Shown here: in pieces, positions 16,955 to 25,386 of the stretch
How positions within the stretch are numbered: the first letter of the stretch is position 1
Layout: each line of letters opens with the position of its first letter
From: Candidatus Saccharimonadota bacterium
GTDB lineage: Bacteria > Patescibacteriota > Saccharimonadia > Saccharimonadales > JACDBH01
Length of the DNA: 58,783 nt
Direction of reading: 5' to 3'
Assembly (NCBI GenBank): GCA_043743105.1
Contig: JAYTXD010000011.1
Location: 26,001 to 84,783 of the forward strand
Translations under genes and position numbers: made by a program
The notes under the pieces: model-generated
Told to the model about the DNA's origin: nothing
Seen by the model: the letters and a program-made list of their open reading frames with translations, nothing else
Database searches by the model: none

Positions 16955-17647
16955 CTAAAATGGTATCACATACTGCCGTGCCATAGTCCGAACTATTGGT
17001 ATCAGCTCCGCTAAATAACCCCTTATATCTGCAACTTTCAAAAGCATCTCAGGAGGATTATGGCAAAGCAGCCGTAAAAGCTTAATGTGATTCTGCGTAA
17101 ACTGTCCGCTTGGCAACCCGAAAAATGCCATATCATCAAAACTAAACTGAAACGTCCCATTTTTTGGCAAATCATCTCCTTTTACATCATGTGTAAAGTT
17201 GGGCAGGTGCCCCAGCAACCGCATCAAATGTAGTAGGTACGAAGCCTCAGCTAAATCTTTTGGCGCCTCCAGATTATTAAGCGCCGTTAAGCTTGTAACC
17301 AACAACTCATAAAACTCGGGGCCGCCTTCGTCCTCAAGTACGCGGTTCAATATTTTTAGCATGTCATAGCCCAACATGGTCCTGTCTATATCGGTCACAA
17401 TCTTGCCAAAATGTGTCTCCAGCCGAGTTGACACTAAGGTATGCAGCTCACTCCTGCCCTGAATATAGGTAATGTCACTAACGCTAAAAAGCTCAATGCC
17501 GCCAGCCAACTTACTTTTGGCTTTACGCACACCCTTTGCCATTGCGCGAACCTTACCTTCTTCTGACGTTAAGAATGTCATAATTCTGTCGGCCTCACCA
17601 TAGTCGGTCCGCGTTAAAACAACGGCTTTAGTGCTAAACTGCTTCAT
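16955..17647 (-). CDS. recO: DNA repair protein RecO
   Basis: 230-aa ORF with the OB-fold N-terminus KAVVLTRTDYGEADRIMTFLTSEEGKVRAMAKGVRK typical of RecO. Its start overlaps the stop of the receiver gene by 4 nt. Confidence 0.8.
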   Translation of the reverse strand: MKQFSTKAVVLTRTDYGEADRIMTFLTSEEGKVRAMAKGVRKAKSKLAGGIELFSVSDITYIQGRSELHTLVSTRLETHFGKIVTDIDRTMLGYDMLKILNRVLEDEGGPEFYELLVTSLTALNNLEAPKDLAEASYLLHLMRLLGHLPNFTHDVKGDDLPKNGTFQFSFDDMAFFGLPSGQFTQNHIKLLRLLCHNPPEMLLKVADIRGYLAELIPIVRTMARQYVIPF

Positions 17648-18036
17648 GCCAATTTATTTTGTTTGAGGCCAACAGCTCGCCTAACTTGCCTTCCAAGCTG
17701 GTCCAATGATGTATCGGGTTTATACAAATATACGCAAACGCCTAAGTCTGCTAGTGTAGCATCCGATACTCCCGCACTCCGCTGGCTTATACCGCTTAAA
17801 ATAACTACCGGCACTGCCAGCCAGTCGACATACGACCTAAACTCGTACAAAAATTCGATGCCGCTATGCCCTGCTAGCAACAGCTCAACAATAATAAGAT
17901 CAGGGTGTAGCACGTCAGCCGCAGCCACTCCCGTCTGGGCGTTTTCGCACCAACTCACTTCGTAGGCTTCACGCTCCAAATAGCGTACATACTGCTCCGC
18001 AAGCATACGGTTAGGCTCTAGTAGTAAAATCTTCAT
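17644..18036 (-). CDS. Stand-alone receiver-domain protein with atypical active site (Asp-to-Glu at the phospho-acceptor position)
   Basis: 130-aa ORF that aligns by eye to CheY. The DD pocket reads EP (LLLEPN), D57 reads E (DLIIVELLL), T87 reads S (VVILSG) and K109 is conserved (YLYKPD). Confidence 0.65.
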   Translation of the reverse strand: MKILLLEPNRMLAEQYVRYLEREAYEVSWCENAQTGVAAADVLHPDLIIVELLLAGHSGIEFLYEFRSYVDWLAVPVVILSGISQRSAGVSDATLADLGVCVYLYKPDTSLDQLGRQVRRAVGLKQNKLA

Positions 18037-18038
18037 CG

Positions 18039-18752
18039 TTATACAAGGCTTAGTTGGTTGCTCGACTGTAGTGTTACCGCAAGCCCAAACAACCCTCTAA
18101 AACGTGCCACACGCACCGAGCTATCCAAAGCGCTAAATAATGCATCGGCTACAAATACTCCTGCCCCACTACCCGCGCTAAAATCACCCAGTGGCTGGCG
18201 CGCAATTCCTTTTAAGACCTTTGCTTGTTTTAGTAGGCCACTGTTTAGCTTGTTGGTTTCGCTATAAACCCCCGTACTCATGCCTTTGGCGGTCTTACGC
18301 ACACCAAGTGTTATGGTTGTCAAAGCACCAGGACGGCTAGCTGCATCTATAAAGCTATACCCCAACAACTCGAGTGCCGACTGCACTACTTCTCGACGTG
18401 CCATTACGGGGGCAAATTTACCACTCAGTCGAAGGTCAATTTTGCAATCATGGGCTTTAGCATAAGTGTCTAGTGATTGCGCCGTGTCATATAATACCGA
18501 ACTCAGCGAAACCGTTTCAAGATTCATACGTGGCTCACTTTGAAGCTGGACGCTCAACAAATAGCTATCAATAAGTTTTAGTGCAGAATTACTGGTAAGG
18601 GCGATGGTTTGAAGCAGCTGCTCAAGCTCATCTTTGTTAGGGTGTGTACGTAACAACTCAGCGGCATGTTTAACAGTTACAAACGGCAGCTTAACCTGTT
18701 CCGCTAGTGTCGTAAATAATAACCCATTAGACTGCGCAATAATATCGCTCAT
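18039..18752 (-). CDS. Cytoplasmic histidine-kinase-like protein with degenerate ATPase motifs
   Basis: 237-aa ORF with no TM. It has a DHp-like helix with His (FVTVKHAAELL) and a catalytic-domain-like region, but no clear N-box Asn or G1 DxGxG. Only GSGAGVFVADAL resembles the G2 box. Confidence 0.5.
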   Translation of the reverse strand: MSDIIAQSNGLLFTTLAEQVKLPFVTVKHAAELLRTHPNKDELEQLLQTIALTSNSALKLIDSYLLSVQLQSEPRMNLETVSLSSVLYDTAQSLDTYAKAHDCKIDLRLSGKFAPVMARREVVQSALELLGYSFIDAASRPGALTTITLGVRKTAKGMSTGVYSETNKLNSGLLKQAKVLKGIARQPLGDFSAGSGAGVFVADALFSALDSSVRVARFRGLFGLAVTLQSSNQLSLV

Positions 18753-18807
18753 AGAAGTAAACCCTCACTCTGAAAGCAAGTTCCATTGTAGCATACTATA
18801 GAGGTCG

Positions 18808-19464
18808 TTAGGGCGAGTAGGTAACGCTTGGGAGCACCGTATTCATAAAGTCAGCAGTATTATTTAGCCCTTCAGTCCAGATAACAATTGTCTTGTCGCG
18901 CAGAGGCAAATAAATGAGAACTCCTTTAACTTTTTTGTTGCTCAGCACACCCGTTACTATTGAACCTCGTACGCTTGGTAATTTGGCAGGAATATATGCC
19001 GAAACAGACGCCGTACCAGCCTTAACTGCAGCATCGTATGTTTTTAGAATTGCGGGATAGGTCTGGCCTGAAACCTGTACACGAAGCGCAAACTGCGATG
19101 TTGGTGAAGAGATATCTGGAATAAAGTCGGGATTAAAATAGATATCAACAGGTACAGCCGCACTAGCAGTGGGAATGTATTCATTCCATGTTTTTGGAAA
19201 GTCAAATGTTAGAGTTCCGTATGTTTCTGGACCTTTAAAGGTTTTGACTGGAGATTTTTCTTTTTCAGCAAAGGCTAAATCTTTTTTAGCTGCCTCAACT
19301 ATAACCGCTTTCTTGGCTGCTACTGCCGCTTTGTCGTCGCTGTTATTTTTATAATCCTGCCTGCCCATAAATGCCCAAACACCAAACCCAAGCGACCCCA
19401 ACAATAGGACCAATACAATGATTAGCGGCAATACTAACGACCCTTTTTCATTAAGCTTACGCAT
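18808..19464 (-). CDS. Membrane-anchored hypothetical protein
   Basis: 218-aa ORF with an N-terminal TM (LVLPLIIVLVLLLGSLGFGVWAF) and an extracytoplasmic domain without recognisable motifs. TATAAA lies 6 nt upstream of the ATG. Confidence 0.5.
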   Translation of the reverse strand: MRKLNEKGSLVLPLIIVLVLLLGSLGFGVWAFMGRQDYKNNSDDKAAVAAKKAVIVEAAKKDLAFAEKEKSPVKTFKGPETYGTLTFDFPKTWNEYIPTASAAVPVDIYFNPDFIPDISSPTSQFALRVQVSGQTYPAILKTYDAAVKAGTASVSAYIPAKLPSVRGSIVTGVLSNKKVKGVLIYLPLRDKTIVIWTEGLNNTADFMNTVLPSVTYSP

Positions 19465-19512
19465 ATTGTCTTTATAGTACCATAACCGCTACACCACGGT
19501 GAAGCCTTTACG

Positions 19513-19558
19513 CTATAGCCCCCGCAAATCAAAATGTGTAAATTTTGATTTGCGGGGG
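19513..19558. repeat. Repeat family 2, minimal hairpin copy
   Basis: CTATAGC followed by perfect 17-bp arms CCCCCGCAAATCAAAAT (19519-19535) / ATTTTGATTTGCGGGGG (19542-19558) with a 6-nt loop. Confidence 0.8.
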
Positions 19559-19563
19559 CAATA

Positions 19564-20058
19564 CTATTTATATTCATACAGCATTAAGCCGCCATTTTTA
19601 ACAGTTGGTACACGGCCAGGGATTTTAAAGGCGTAGCTCACAAGTTTAACGGGTTTATCCAACTCTTTCATAATTTTTCCGTCAAGTTTGGGCATAAACT
19701 TATCAAGCAAAAATACGTAAATTCCATCGCAAGGCGGTAAGGTAATATGCCAATAGTTTCGGCATCGGAAAGTCACTAGTTTGCGGTAACGCCAGCAACT
19801 AATTTGGCTATATAAAACAAGTAACGGATTGAGCTCATACCCAATCCCTCGTATACCCTTTTGAGCTGCTTGTTTGAGAACGCGGCCATCTCCGCTGCCC
19901 AGCTCCAACATAATTTGGCCAGGTTGTAGGTCTAGTAAATCCAGGGCCTTTTGTGCCTGCGGTTTAAGCGTTGGCAAATATGGTGCCCCAAATATAATAA
20001 CAAATGAAAAAACAAGTAGTAAAGCCGTCAAACCAATAATCACAATATTCATACGCAC
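19564..20058 (-). CDS. Class I SAM-dependent methyltransferase with N-terminal TM helix
   Basis: 164-aa ORF with the motif I sequence LELGSGDGRVLKQAAQKG. The start is either GTG at 20058 or ATG at 20052. Confidence 0.6.
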   Translation of the reverse strand: MRMNIVIIGLTALLLVFSFVIIFGAPYLPTLKPQAQKALDLLDLQPGQIMLELGSGDGRVLKQAAQKGIRGIGYELNPLLVLYSQISCWRYRKLVTFRCRNYWHITLPPCDGIYVFLLDKFMPKLDGKIMKELDKPVKLVSYAFKIPGRVPTVKNGGLMLYEYK

Positions 20059-20104
20059 ACTCAGTATATAGATAACTCCTGCGCTATAAAAAAGTAAAAA
20101 TGTA

Positions 20105-20133
20105 TTGACGTAGTATACCTTCGGTAGTATACT
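20105..20133 (+). promoter_or_regulatory. Sigma-70-type promoter of the membrane-protein/padR operon, overlapped by direct repeats
   Basis: TTGACG (20105-20110), a 17-nt spacer, then TATACT (20128-20133). GTAGTATAC is repeated at 20110-20118 and 20124-20132 (14-bp period). AAGGAG (20155-20160) lies 7 nt before the GTG start. Confidence 0.6.
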
Positions 20134-20167
20134 TGCGGTATATTAAAACTTTTTAAGGAGTTATGAC

Positions 20168-21085
20168 GTGGAAGAAACTAAAAAAATAAGCCGTTTTCGC
20201 AAATCATGGCTCTTAACAAAAGGCGCCTGGCGTTCGGTAATGCTCGATAAAGAGCTCCTTACTCTTCCACTTATCGGCTTTGCCGCATCACTGCTGTTTC
20301 TCGTCCCGTCAATAGCGCTCTTTGTCATAAACCCAGCTCACCTTTTGTATCACTCACTGGTCAATGACAGCGCCAATAACTGGCAGCTATCTCCGCTTGG
20401 TTACATCTTCGCAATACTCATGCTAATTATGCAGGCTATCATCTCAGCAGTTACTGCTGGCGCCATAACCCACGGAGCTATCGAACGTTTCAAAGGTAAC
20501 GACCCCACAGTAAAAACGAGCATTAGTGCTGCACTACACCGCGCAGGATCATTAACGGGCTTCACCATTTTTAGCTTTACAATTGGTTTTATTATTTCTG
20601 AAATCGCTAACCGTATACCATTTTTGGGTGGCAAGATAGTCATGTGGCTTGCTGGCAGCGCCTGGAACATTGCATCATTCTTTGCCATCCCCGCAATCAT
20701 CTCCAGCGATGTACCACTTGGACCTATCCGTGCAACCAAGCAAAGCACGGCCATCATTAAAAAGGTATGGGGCGAAAGTCTCATTATAAGTGTTGGAATT
20801 GGTCTCGTTGCACTGCTAGGCTTCCTTGGTTACTTTGTTGTTGCTGGCCTCGTGGTAGGCGTCAGTGCTGGCGTCACAGGCTCCGGCATTGTAGGTGGCA
20901 TTCTTGGCGGTATCGCATTCCTTGGTTTATTGGCCGGCATAATTTTGGTCTCAGTTTTGCAGACCTATGTTAAAGCGTCGGCTTACTATTACGCGACCAC
21001 TGGTATCTCGCCAATTGCCTTTGACAGCCAACTTTTGCGCCAAGCATTTACTGCTAAAAAAGCTCGCAAGTTATTTGCTCGTTAA
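20168..21085 (+). CDS. Multi-pass membrane protein (DUF6159-like, tentative), co-transcribed with padR
   Basis: 305-aa ORF with a GTG start 7 nt after AAGGAG, about six TM helices and a Gly-rich C-terminal TM region. Confidence 0.5.
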   Translation: MEETKKISRFRKSWLLTKGAWRSVMLDKELLTLPLIGFAASLLFLVPSIALFVINPAHLLYHSLVNDSANNWQLSPLGYIFAILMLIMQAIISAVTAGAITHGAIERFKGNDPTVKTSISAALHRAGSLTGFTIFSFTIGFIISEIANRIPFLGGKIVMWLAGSAWNIASFFAIPAIISSDVPLGPIRATKQSTAIIKKVWGESLIISVGIGLVALLGFLGYFVVAGLVVGVSAGVTGSGIVGGILGGIAFLGLLAGIILVSVLQTYVKASAYYYATTGISPIAFDSQLLRQAFTAKKARKLFAR

Positions 21086-21096
21086 GAGGTGTGCCT

Positions 21097-21462
21097 ATGC
21101 TCGACACATATGAACAAAATTTGCTGGATGGCTGGGAAGAAGTCTACAAAAAAGGCCAGCTAAAGCTGTGGATTTTACTCGCACTTAAAGATAATCCCAA
21201 ATACATGCCAGCTATCAAGGAATTTATTGCCGGCAGAACAAACGGCATCTTAGAGGCAGACGACAAGAGTATGTACCGCGCCCTGCGCCAATACAGCCAT
21301 GCCGAAATTATCATCTTTCAGCTCGACCCTAACAACCAAGGCCCCGATCGTAAGCGCTACGCCCTTACCGCAACAGGAATAAAACTCCTTACCGCGTTCA
21401 CACAGCGGAACATTATCGACATATTTTTTGCCGATGCTACCAAGCGACTTCTTGAGTCTTAA
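21097..21462 (+). CDS. PadR-family transcriptional regulator
   Basis: Winged-helix pattern (KLWILLALKDNPKYMPAIKEFI...DKSMYRALRQY...RKRYALTATG). I prefer ATG at 21097 (AAGAGGTG 5 nt upstream) over the track's GTG at 21091. Confidence 0.7.
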   Translation: MLDTYEQNLLDGWEEVYKKGQLKLWILLALKDNPKYMPAIKEFIAGRTNGILEADDKSMYRALRQYSHAEIIIFQLDPNNQGPDRKRYALTATGIKLLTAFTQRNIIDIFFADATKRLLES

Positions 21463-21467
21463 TAGTT

Positions 21468-21662
21468 CTATTCAAACTTTGCTTTGAGTTTGGTGATTTT
21501 ATTTTCGGCTACTTTGAGTGCAGCTTCAAGCTGATGCACCAGCTCCATACCTCGTTCGTAGGCTTTGAGTGCGTCGTCTACATCAATGTCATCCTGCTGT
21601 AATGTGCCTAGCACTATATCTAATTCTTGTCTTAATTCGGCATAGGTTGGTTGCTTTGTCAT
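21468..21662 (-). CDS. xseB: Exodeoxyribonuclease VII small subunit
   Basis: 64-aa helical ORF (YAELRQELDIVLGTLQQDDIDVDDALKAYERGMELV) immediately downstream of xseA. Confidence 0.85.
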   Translation of the reverse strand: MTKQPTYAELRQELDIVLGTLQQDDIDVDDALKAYERGMELVHQLEAALKVAENKITKLKAKFE

Positions 21663-21666
21663 ACTG

Positions 21667-22779
21667 TTATTGTACCTCGATGTTAATAATTCCGTCCGAA
21701 AGCAGCACTTCTAATTTTTGCCCAGGTTTAGTTTGCGTGGTAGAACGGACTGCTGTTTTACCCTGACGCAACACTGCATATCCCCGTTTTAAAATAGTTT
21801 GAGGATTCAAAATTGACAATAGTTTAACTGCGTAACTAATAGCTTCCCGCTTTGTAACAAAAAGATCCTGCACGGTTTGATGCAGTGTGTCTCGCTGGAT
21901 GCCAACATCTTTTTTACCTGCTTGCACCGGTGCACTTAACAAACGCCCCGTTTCGGCCCGTACTGTTGTAAGCTCACTTAATAACTGCGCACGATCGGGC
22001 ACAAGTAGCTCGGCAGCATTACTAGGCGTACTAGCTCGCACATCGGCAGCGAGTTCGGCCAAACTCGTGTCAACTTCGTGTCCAATAGCAACAAGTGTTG
22101 GAATCCTACTAGCCGCCACAGCCCGCGTCACGGATTCCAAGTTGAATGTTTGCAAATCATCAGCACTGCCACCACCCCGTATTATCACTAATACCTCGGG
22201 TGGGGTGCCCATAGCATTAAAGTGCTCCACTGCCCGCACAATCTGCCCAGCCGCTGGCTCACCTTGCACCTGTACGTCAGCGTGCTCAATAGTTATCCCA
22301 CGAAAACGAACATTAATAATCTTTATAAAGTCAGCGTATGCCGCCGACTCGCCACTCGTTATAAGTCCTATGCGCTCTGGAGGGTATGGTAGCGCCCGTT
22401 TACGACTATCCTCAAACAGTCCTTCACGCGTTAACTTTTTTAACAGCAAATCAAAGGCTTTTTTTATTGTTCCCTCGCCCGCCAGCGAAATATTTTGGAC
22501 ATTTACACTAAACCCGTAGAGCTGATGTAAACGCGGACTGCCCGTAACACGCAAGGTCATACCCTCTTCAAGTGGTCCAGGCAGGCTATACACTGTGCCA
22601 AAAAACTTAACACTCGAATAGTCGTCTTTTAGGTCAAAATACACCCAGCGCCCCTTACTTACACGGAAATTAGCCAACTCACCTTCAACTACAACGCTCG
22701 GGAAAGCAAATTCGAATGTTTGGTTAACAAGCCCTACGAAATCACTCGGTGTTAGTGCACTAGACGACAGTATTTCCAC
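21667..22779 (-). CDS. xseA: Exodeoxyribonuclease VII large subunit
   Basis: 370-aa ORF with a GTG start, an N-terminal OB fold (VVVEGELANFRVSKGRWVYFDLKD) and the catalytic region IGLITSGESAAYADF...RGGGSADDL. Confidence 0.85.
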   Translation of the reverse strand: MEILSSSALTPSDFVGLVNQTFEFAFPSVVVEGELANFRVSKGRWVYFDLKDDYSSVKFFGTVYSLPGPLEEGMTLRVTGSPRLHQLYGFSVNVQNISLAGEGTIKKAFDLLLKKLTREGLFEDSRKRALPYPPERIGLITSGESAAYADFIKIINVRFRGITIEHADVQVQGEPAAGQIVRAVEHFNAMGTPPEVLVIIRGGGSADDLQTFNLESVTRAVAASRIPTLVAIGHEVDTSLAELAADVRASTPSNAAELLVPDRAQLLSELTTVRAETGRLLSAPVQAGKKDVGIQRDTLHQTVQDLFVTKREAISYAVKLLSILNPQTILKRGYAVLRQGKTAVRSTTQTKPGQKLEVLLSDGIINIEVQ

Positions 22780-22798
22780 TATCTACCTATGCCCTTAA

Positions 22799-22870
22799 AG
22801 GTTAAAATTTGTGAAAAATATACAAGCTTATTTATTAATAGGCTTGGTATATTTTTCACAAATTTTACCT
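22799..22870. repeat. 72-nt AT-rich long hairpin between the UPF0104 gene and xseA
   Basis: 29-nt arms AGGTTAAAATTTGTGAAAAATATACAAGC (22799-22827) / GCTTGGTATATTTTTCACAAATTTTACCT (22842-22870). The core AAAATTTGTGAAAAATATAC is perfectly paired, with two 1-nt bulges. Confidence 0.8.
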
Positions 22871-22909
22871 CTTTAATCATCGTAGCTATATTAGCAGTAA
22901 TACTGTCGC

Positions 22910-24019
22910 TTAGTGCACAGGAGGGGTTCCATCGTGGTGCTCCTTCGCGTCAATTCGCTGCTCTGATACTTCAACGGCACGTTCTATGTGGTTACCCGAA
23001 CGCTTCAATGCGCGCTGGTACAAATAATAGCCAATCGGCAGCGAGTACAACATATTAAGAACCCGATAAACAACCGTTGCTGAGAGCGCTAAAGCTTTAT
23101 CGACACCAGCACTCGTTAAGGTAGCGGTCATTAGACCCTCATAAATACCAACACCTCCTGGCAAAATAGCTACAAGGCCAGCAAAGTTAGCCACTGCGTA
23201 CGCAATAATAAGCGCCCCAGGGTTTACGAACGTTCCAAAGGCTAAATACACTGCATAAATGGTCAGGACATCAGTTACATTAACGAGTAATGCCCAAAGT
23301 AACGGCTTTTTTAAATTGCGCCAGTCCTGACTCAGTACCATATAGTCACGGTGCAAGTCTTCCATGGTGCTCTCTACCTTAGCAATATTAATTGTCTCGC
23401 GTTTATGCCGTCTAAACACACCAATAATTTTATTAAGTGCTTTTGGTAACCAGCCGGTAAAAGCCTTAATCCTAACCTTATCACTAATGATATATGTACC
23501 TACAACTGCGCCAAATAGCGTCATAAAAGCAATCGACGAACTAATCAAAATTGTCAGTGGGCTGGTATGTCTACGCAGGGCCAAAATAAGCATGCCTAAA
23601 AATAACAGGGCCAAAAATGAAATAAAGGTCAGTGCAAAACGCACAATTTGCGCCAGCGTACTCTTAGCCGTACTAATTCCCGACTGCTTTAGCCGCAAAC
23701 TCAGATAGCTAAAACCACTCACACCTCCGCTTGGAAAGACGTGATTTACAAAGTTTAGCTCAATCGTTATAGACATCATGGTACTCAGCTTTAAATCTTC
23801 GCCTTGACTCTTAAAATAATCCTTATAAAGCCGTGCAACCGAATAATAATTTATGGCCTGCAACGGGATCATCAGCAGTAAGGCGGCCGCATTTAGCTGA
23901 CCTAGTTTTTTAAAAGCAGCAATAATAGCTGCGCGCGATATAATCACCAAAACCACTAGTGCGCCAATAGTAAACACATTTACCCAAAACTTGATATCTT
24001 TTTTCATTGCTTTAGCCAT
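22910..24019 (-). CDS. UPF0104/flippase-like (lysyl-phosphatidylglycerol synthase TM-region-like) membrane protein
   Basis: 369-aa ORF with about eight TM helices and the overall pattern of the UPF0104 family. A perfect TATAAT lies 12 nt upstream of the ATG. Confidence 0.5.
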   Translation of the reverse strand: MAKAMKKDIKFWVNVFTIGALVVLVIISRAAIIAAFKKLGQLNAAALLLMIPLQAINYYSVARLYKDYFKSQGEDLKLSTMMSITIELNFVNHVFPSGGVSGFSYLSLRLKQSGISTAKSTLAQIVRFALTFISFLALLFLGMLILALRRHTSPLTILISSSIAFMTLFGAVVGTYIISDKVRIKAFTGWLPKALNKIIGVFRRHKRETINIAKVESTMEDLHRDYMVLSQDWRNLKKPLLWALLVNVTDVLTIYAVYLAFGTFVNPGALIIAYAVANFAGLVAILPGGVGIYEGLMTATLTSAGVDKALALSATVVYRVLNMLYSLPIGYYLYQRALKRSGNHIERAVEVSEQRIDAKEHHDGTPPVH

Positions 24020-24169
24020 ATATTGGGGTAATTATACTCTATTTCTAATAAACCGTAAGCGTGACCGTAAAAGGAAAAAGTTCTGGCTTCGCCGAACTTT
24101 TTTACGAATGGAATGAGCTGTAACCCTGCCAGCAAAAACCAACAAAGAGTGTAAAAGTTTATCAGGGGT

Positions 24170-24193
24170 CCCCACGGAACCTGTTCCGTGGGG
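24170..24193. other. Perfect 11-bp GC-rich hairpin abutting the -10 box of the GC-rich methyltransferase gene
   Basis: CCCCACGGAAC-CT-GTTCCGTGGGG (24170-24193) is followed directly by TATACT (24194-24199) and, 8 nt later, the ATG at 24208. Confidence 0.7.
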
Positions 24194-24199
24194 TATACT
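24194..24199 (+). promoter_or_regulatory. -10 box TATACT 8 nt upstream of ATG (leaderless-type arrangement)
   Basis: TATACT-ATAACCAT-ATG, with no Shine-Dalgarno sequence in between. Confidence 0.45.
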
Positions 24200-24207
24200 A
24201 TAACCAT

Positions 24208-25374
24208 ATGCAATCACTAATTATTCTTGGGCGTCAGCCAGCGCTTGGGCTTGCCGAGCTAGAGGCACTCTACGGTGCCAATCACATTAAGCCCGTTGGC
24301 CCCGAAGCCGCCATACTCGACATCGAACCGCAGCACATCGACTTCAACCGTCTTGGCGGCGCAATAAAGCTGGCACAGGTCCAGACCGAACTCGCCACCA
24401 CCGAATGGAAAAGCATCGAATCCTACCTGGCCACATCCCTGCCCAACATCCTCAAAAGCCTGCCTGAGGGTAAATTTAAGCTGGGCCTCAGCGCCTACGG
24501 CCTGCGCGCCCGTGCCCCCGAACTCAACGCCAGCGGCCTTCGCCTTAAGCGGCTCATCAAAGACGCTGGCCGCAGCGTCCGTGTCGTTCCCAACAAGACC
24601 GCCACGCTCAACAGCGCCCAAGTCCTCCACAACCAGCTGACCAACACTCTGGGACTCGAAATCGTAGCCTACAGAAATGGCAGCAAGACATTTATCTGCC
24701 AGACCATCGCCGAACAAGACATCGAAGCCTACAGTAGCCGCGACCAGAACCGCCCCAAGCGTGACGCCAAAGTCGGCATGCTGCCACCCAAACTTGCCCA
24801 GATCATCATCAACCTCACCGCGCCCACTGCCGATGCCACCGTACTCGACCCGTTCTGCGGCACCGGCGTCGTCCTCCAAGAAGCCCTCCTCATGGGCTAC
24901 CAGGTCTACGGCACCGACCTCGAACCCCGCATGATCGAATACTCCCGCGCCAACCTTGACTGGCTGCACGAACGCCGCGACGGCAACTTTGCTATCCGTC
25001 TTGAACCTGGCGATGCCACCACCCACACCTGGGAACCCCTGCCCACCGTCGTAGCTGGCGAAACCTACCTCGGCAAGCCCTTGTCCAAAGAACCAGACGA
25101 GAATCTCCTGCACGCCATTATGTCCGAATGCGACCGCATCCACCGCGGCGCCCTTACCAACCTTGCCCGCCAGCTGCCCAAAGGCACCAAGCTCTGTTTG
25201 GCTGTACCCGCCTGGAAGCGCAAAAAGGGCTTCGCTCACCTTAAAACGCTTGATTATCTCCGTGAACTAGGCTATAATCGTATAGAATTTAGGTTTGCGC
25301 GCCAAGAGGACCTCATCTACTTTAGAGAAGACCAATTTGTCGCCCGCGAACTCGTCGTTTTAGTAAAGAATTAA
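24208..25374 (+). CDS. SAM-dependent methyltransferase, Trm11/UPF0020-like (GC-rich compositional outlier)
   Basis: 388-aa ORF with the motif I sequence VLDPFCGTGVVLQEALLMGYQVYGTDL. The expected (D/N)PPY motif is replaced by GETYLG. Codons overwhelmingly end in G or C, unlike the neighbours. Confidence 0.6.
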   Translation: MQSLIILGRQPALGLAELEALYGANHIKPVGPEAAILDIEPQHIDFNRLGGAIKLAQVQTELATTEWKSIESYLATSLPNILKSLPEGKFKLGLSAYGLRARAPELNASGLRLKRLIKDAGRSVRVVPNKTATLNSAQVLHNQLTNTLGLEIVAYRNGSKTFICQTIAEQDIEAYSSRDQNRPKRDAKVGMLPPKLAQIIINLTAPTADATVLDPFCGTGVVLQEALLMGYQVYGTDLEPRMIEYSRANLDWLHERRDGNFAIRLEPGDATTHTWEPLPTVVAGETYLGKPLSKEPDENLLHAIMSECDRIHRGALTNLARQLPKGTKLCLAVPAWKRKKGFAHLKTLDYLRELGYNRIEFRFARQEDLIYFREDQFVARELVVLVKN

Positions 25375-25386
25375 GGATAATGCCCC

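Noticed and set aside
21887-22519. 210-aa plus-strand ORF antisense to xseA
   Set aside because: It lies entirely inside the well-supported xseA frame. The Ser/Ala/Arg-rich product is typical of antisense translation, and there is no start context.
24259-25239. 326-aa minus-strand ORF antisense to the methyltransferase gene
   Set aside because: It is an artefact of the very high GC3 of the sense gene, because stop codons are rare on the opposite strand. The product is low-complexity (Gly/Ala/Val-rich) with no motifs, whereas the sense frame carries a clear SAM-binding motif.
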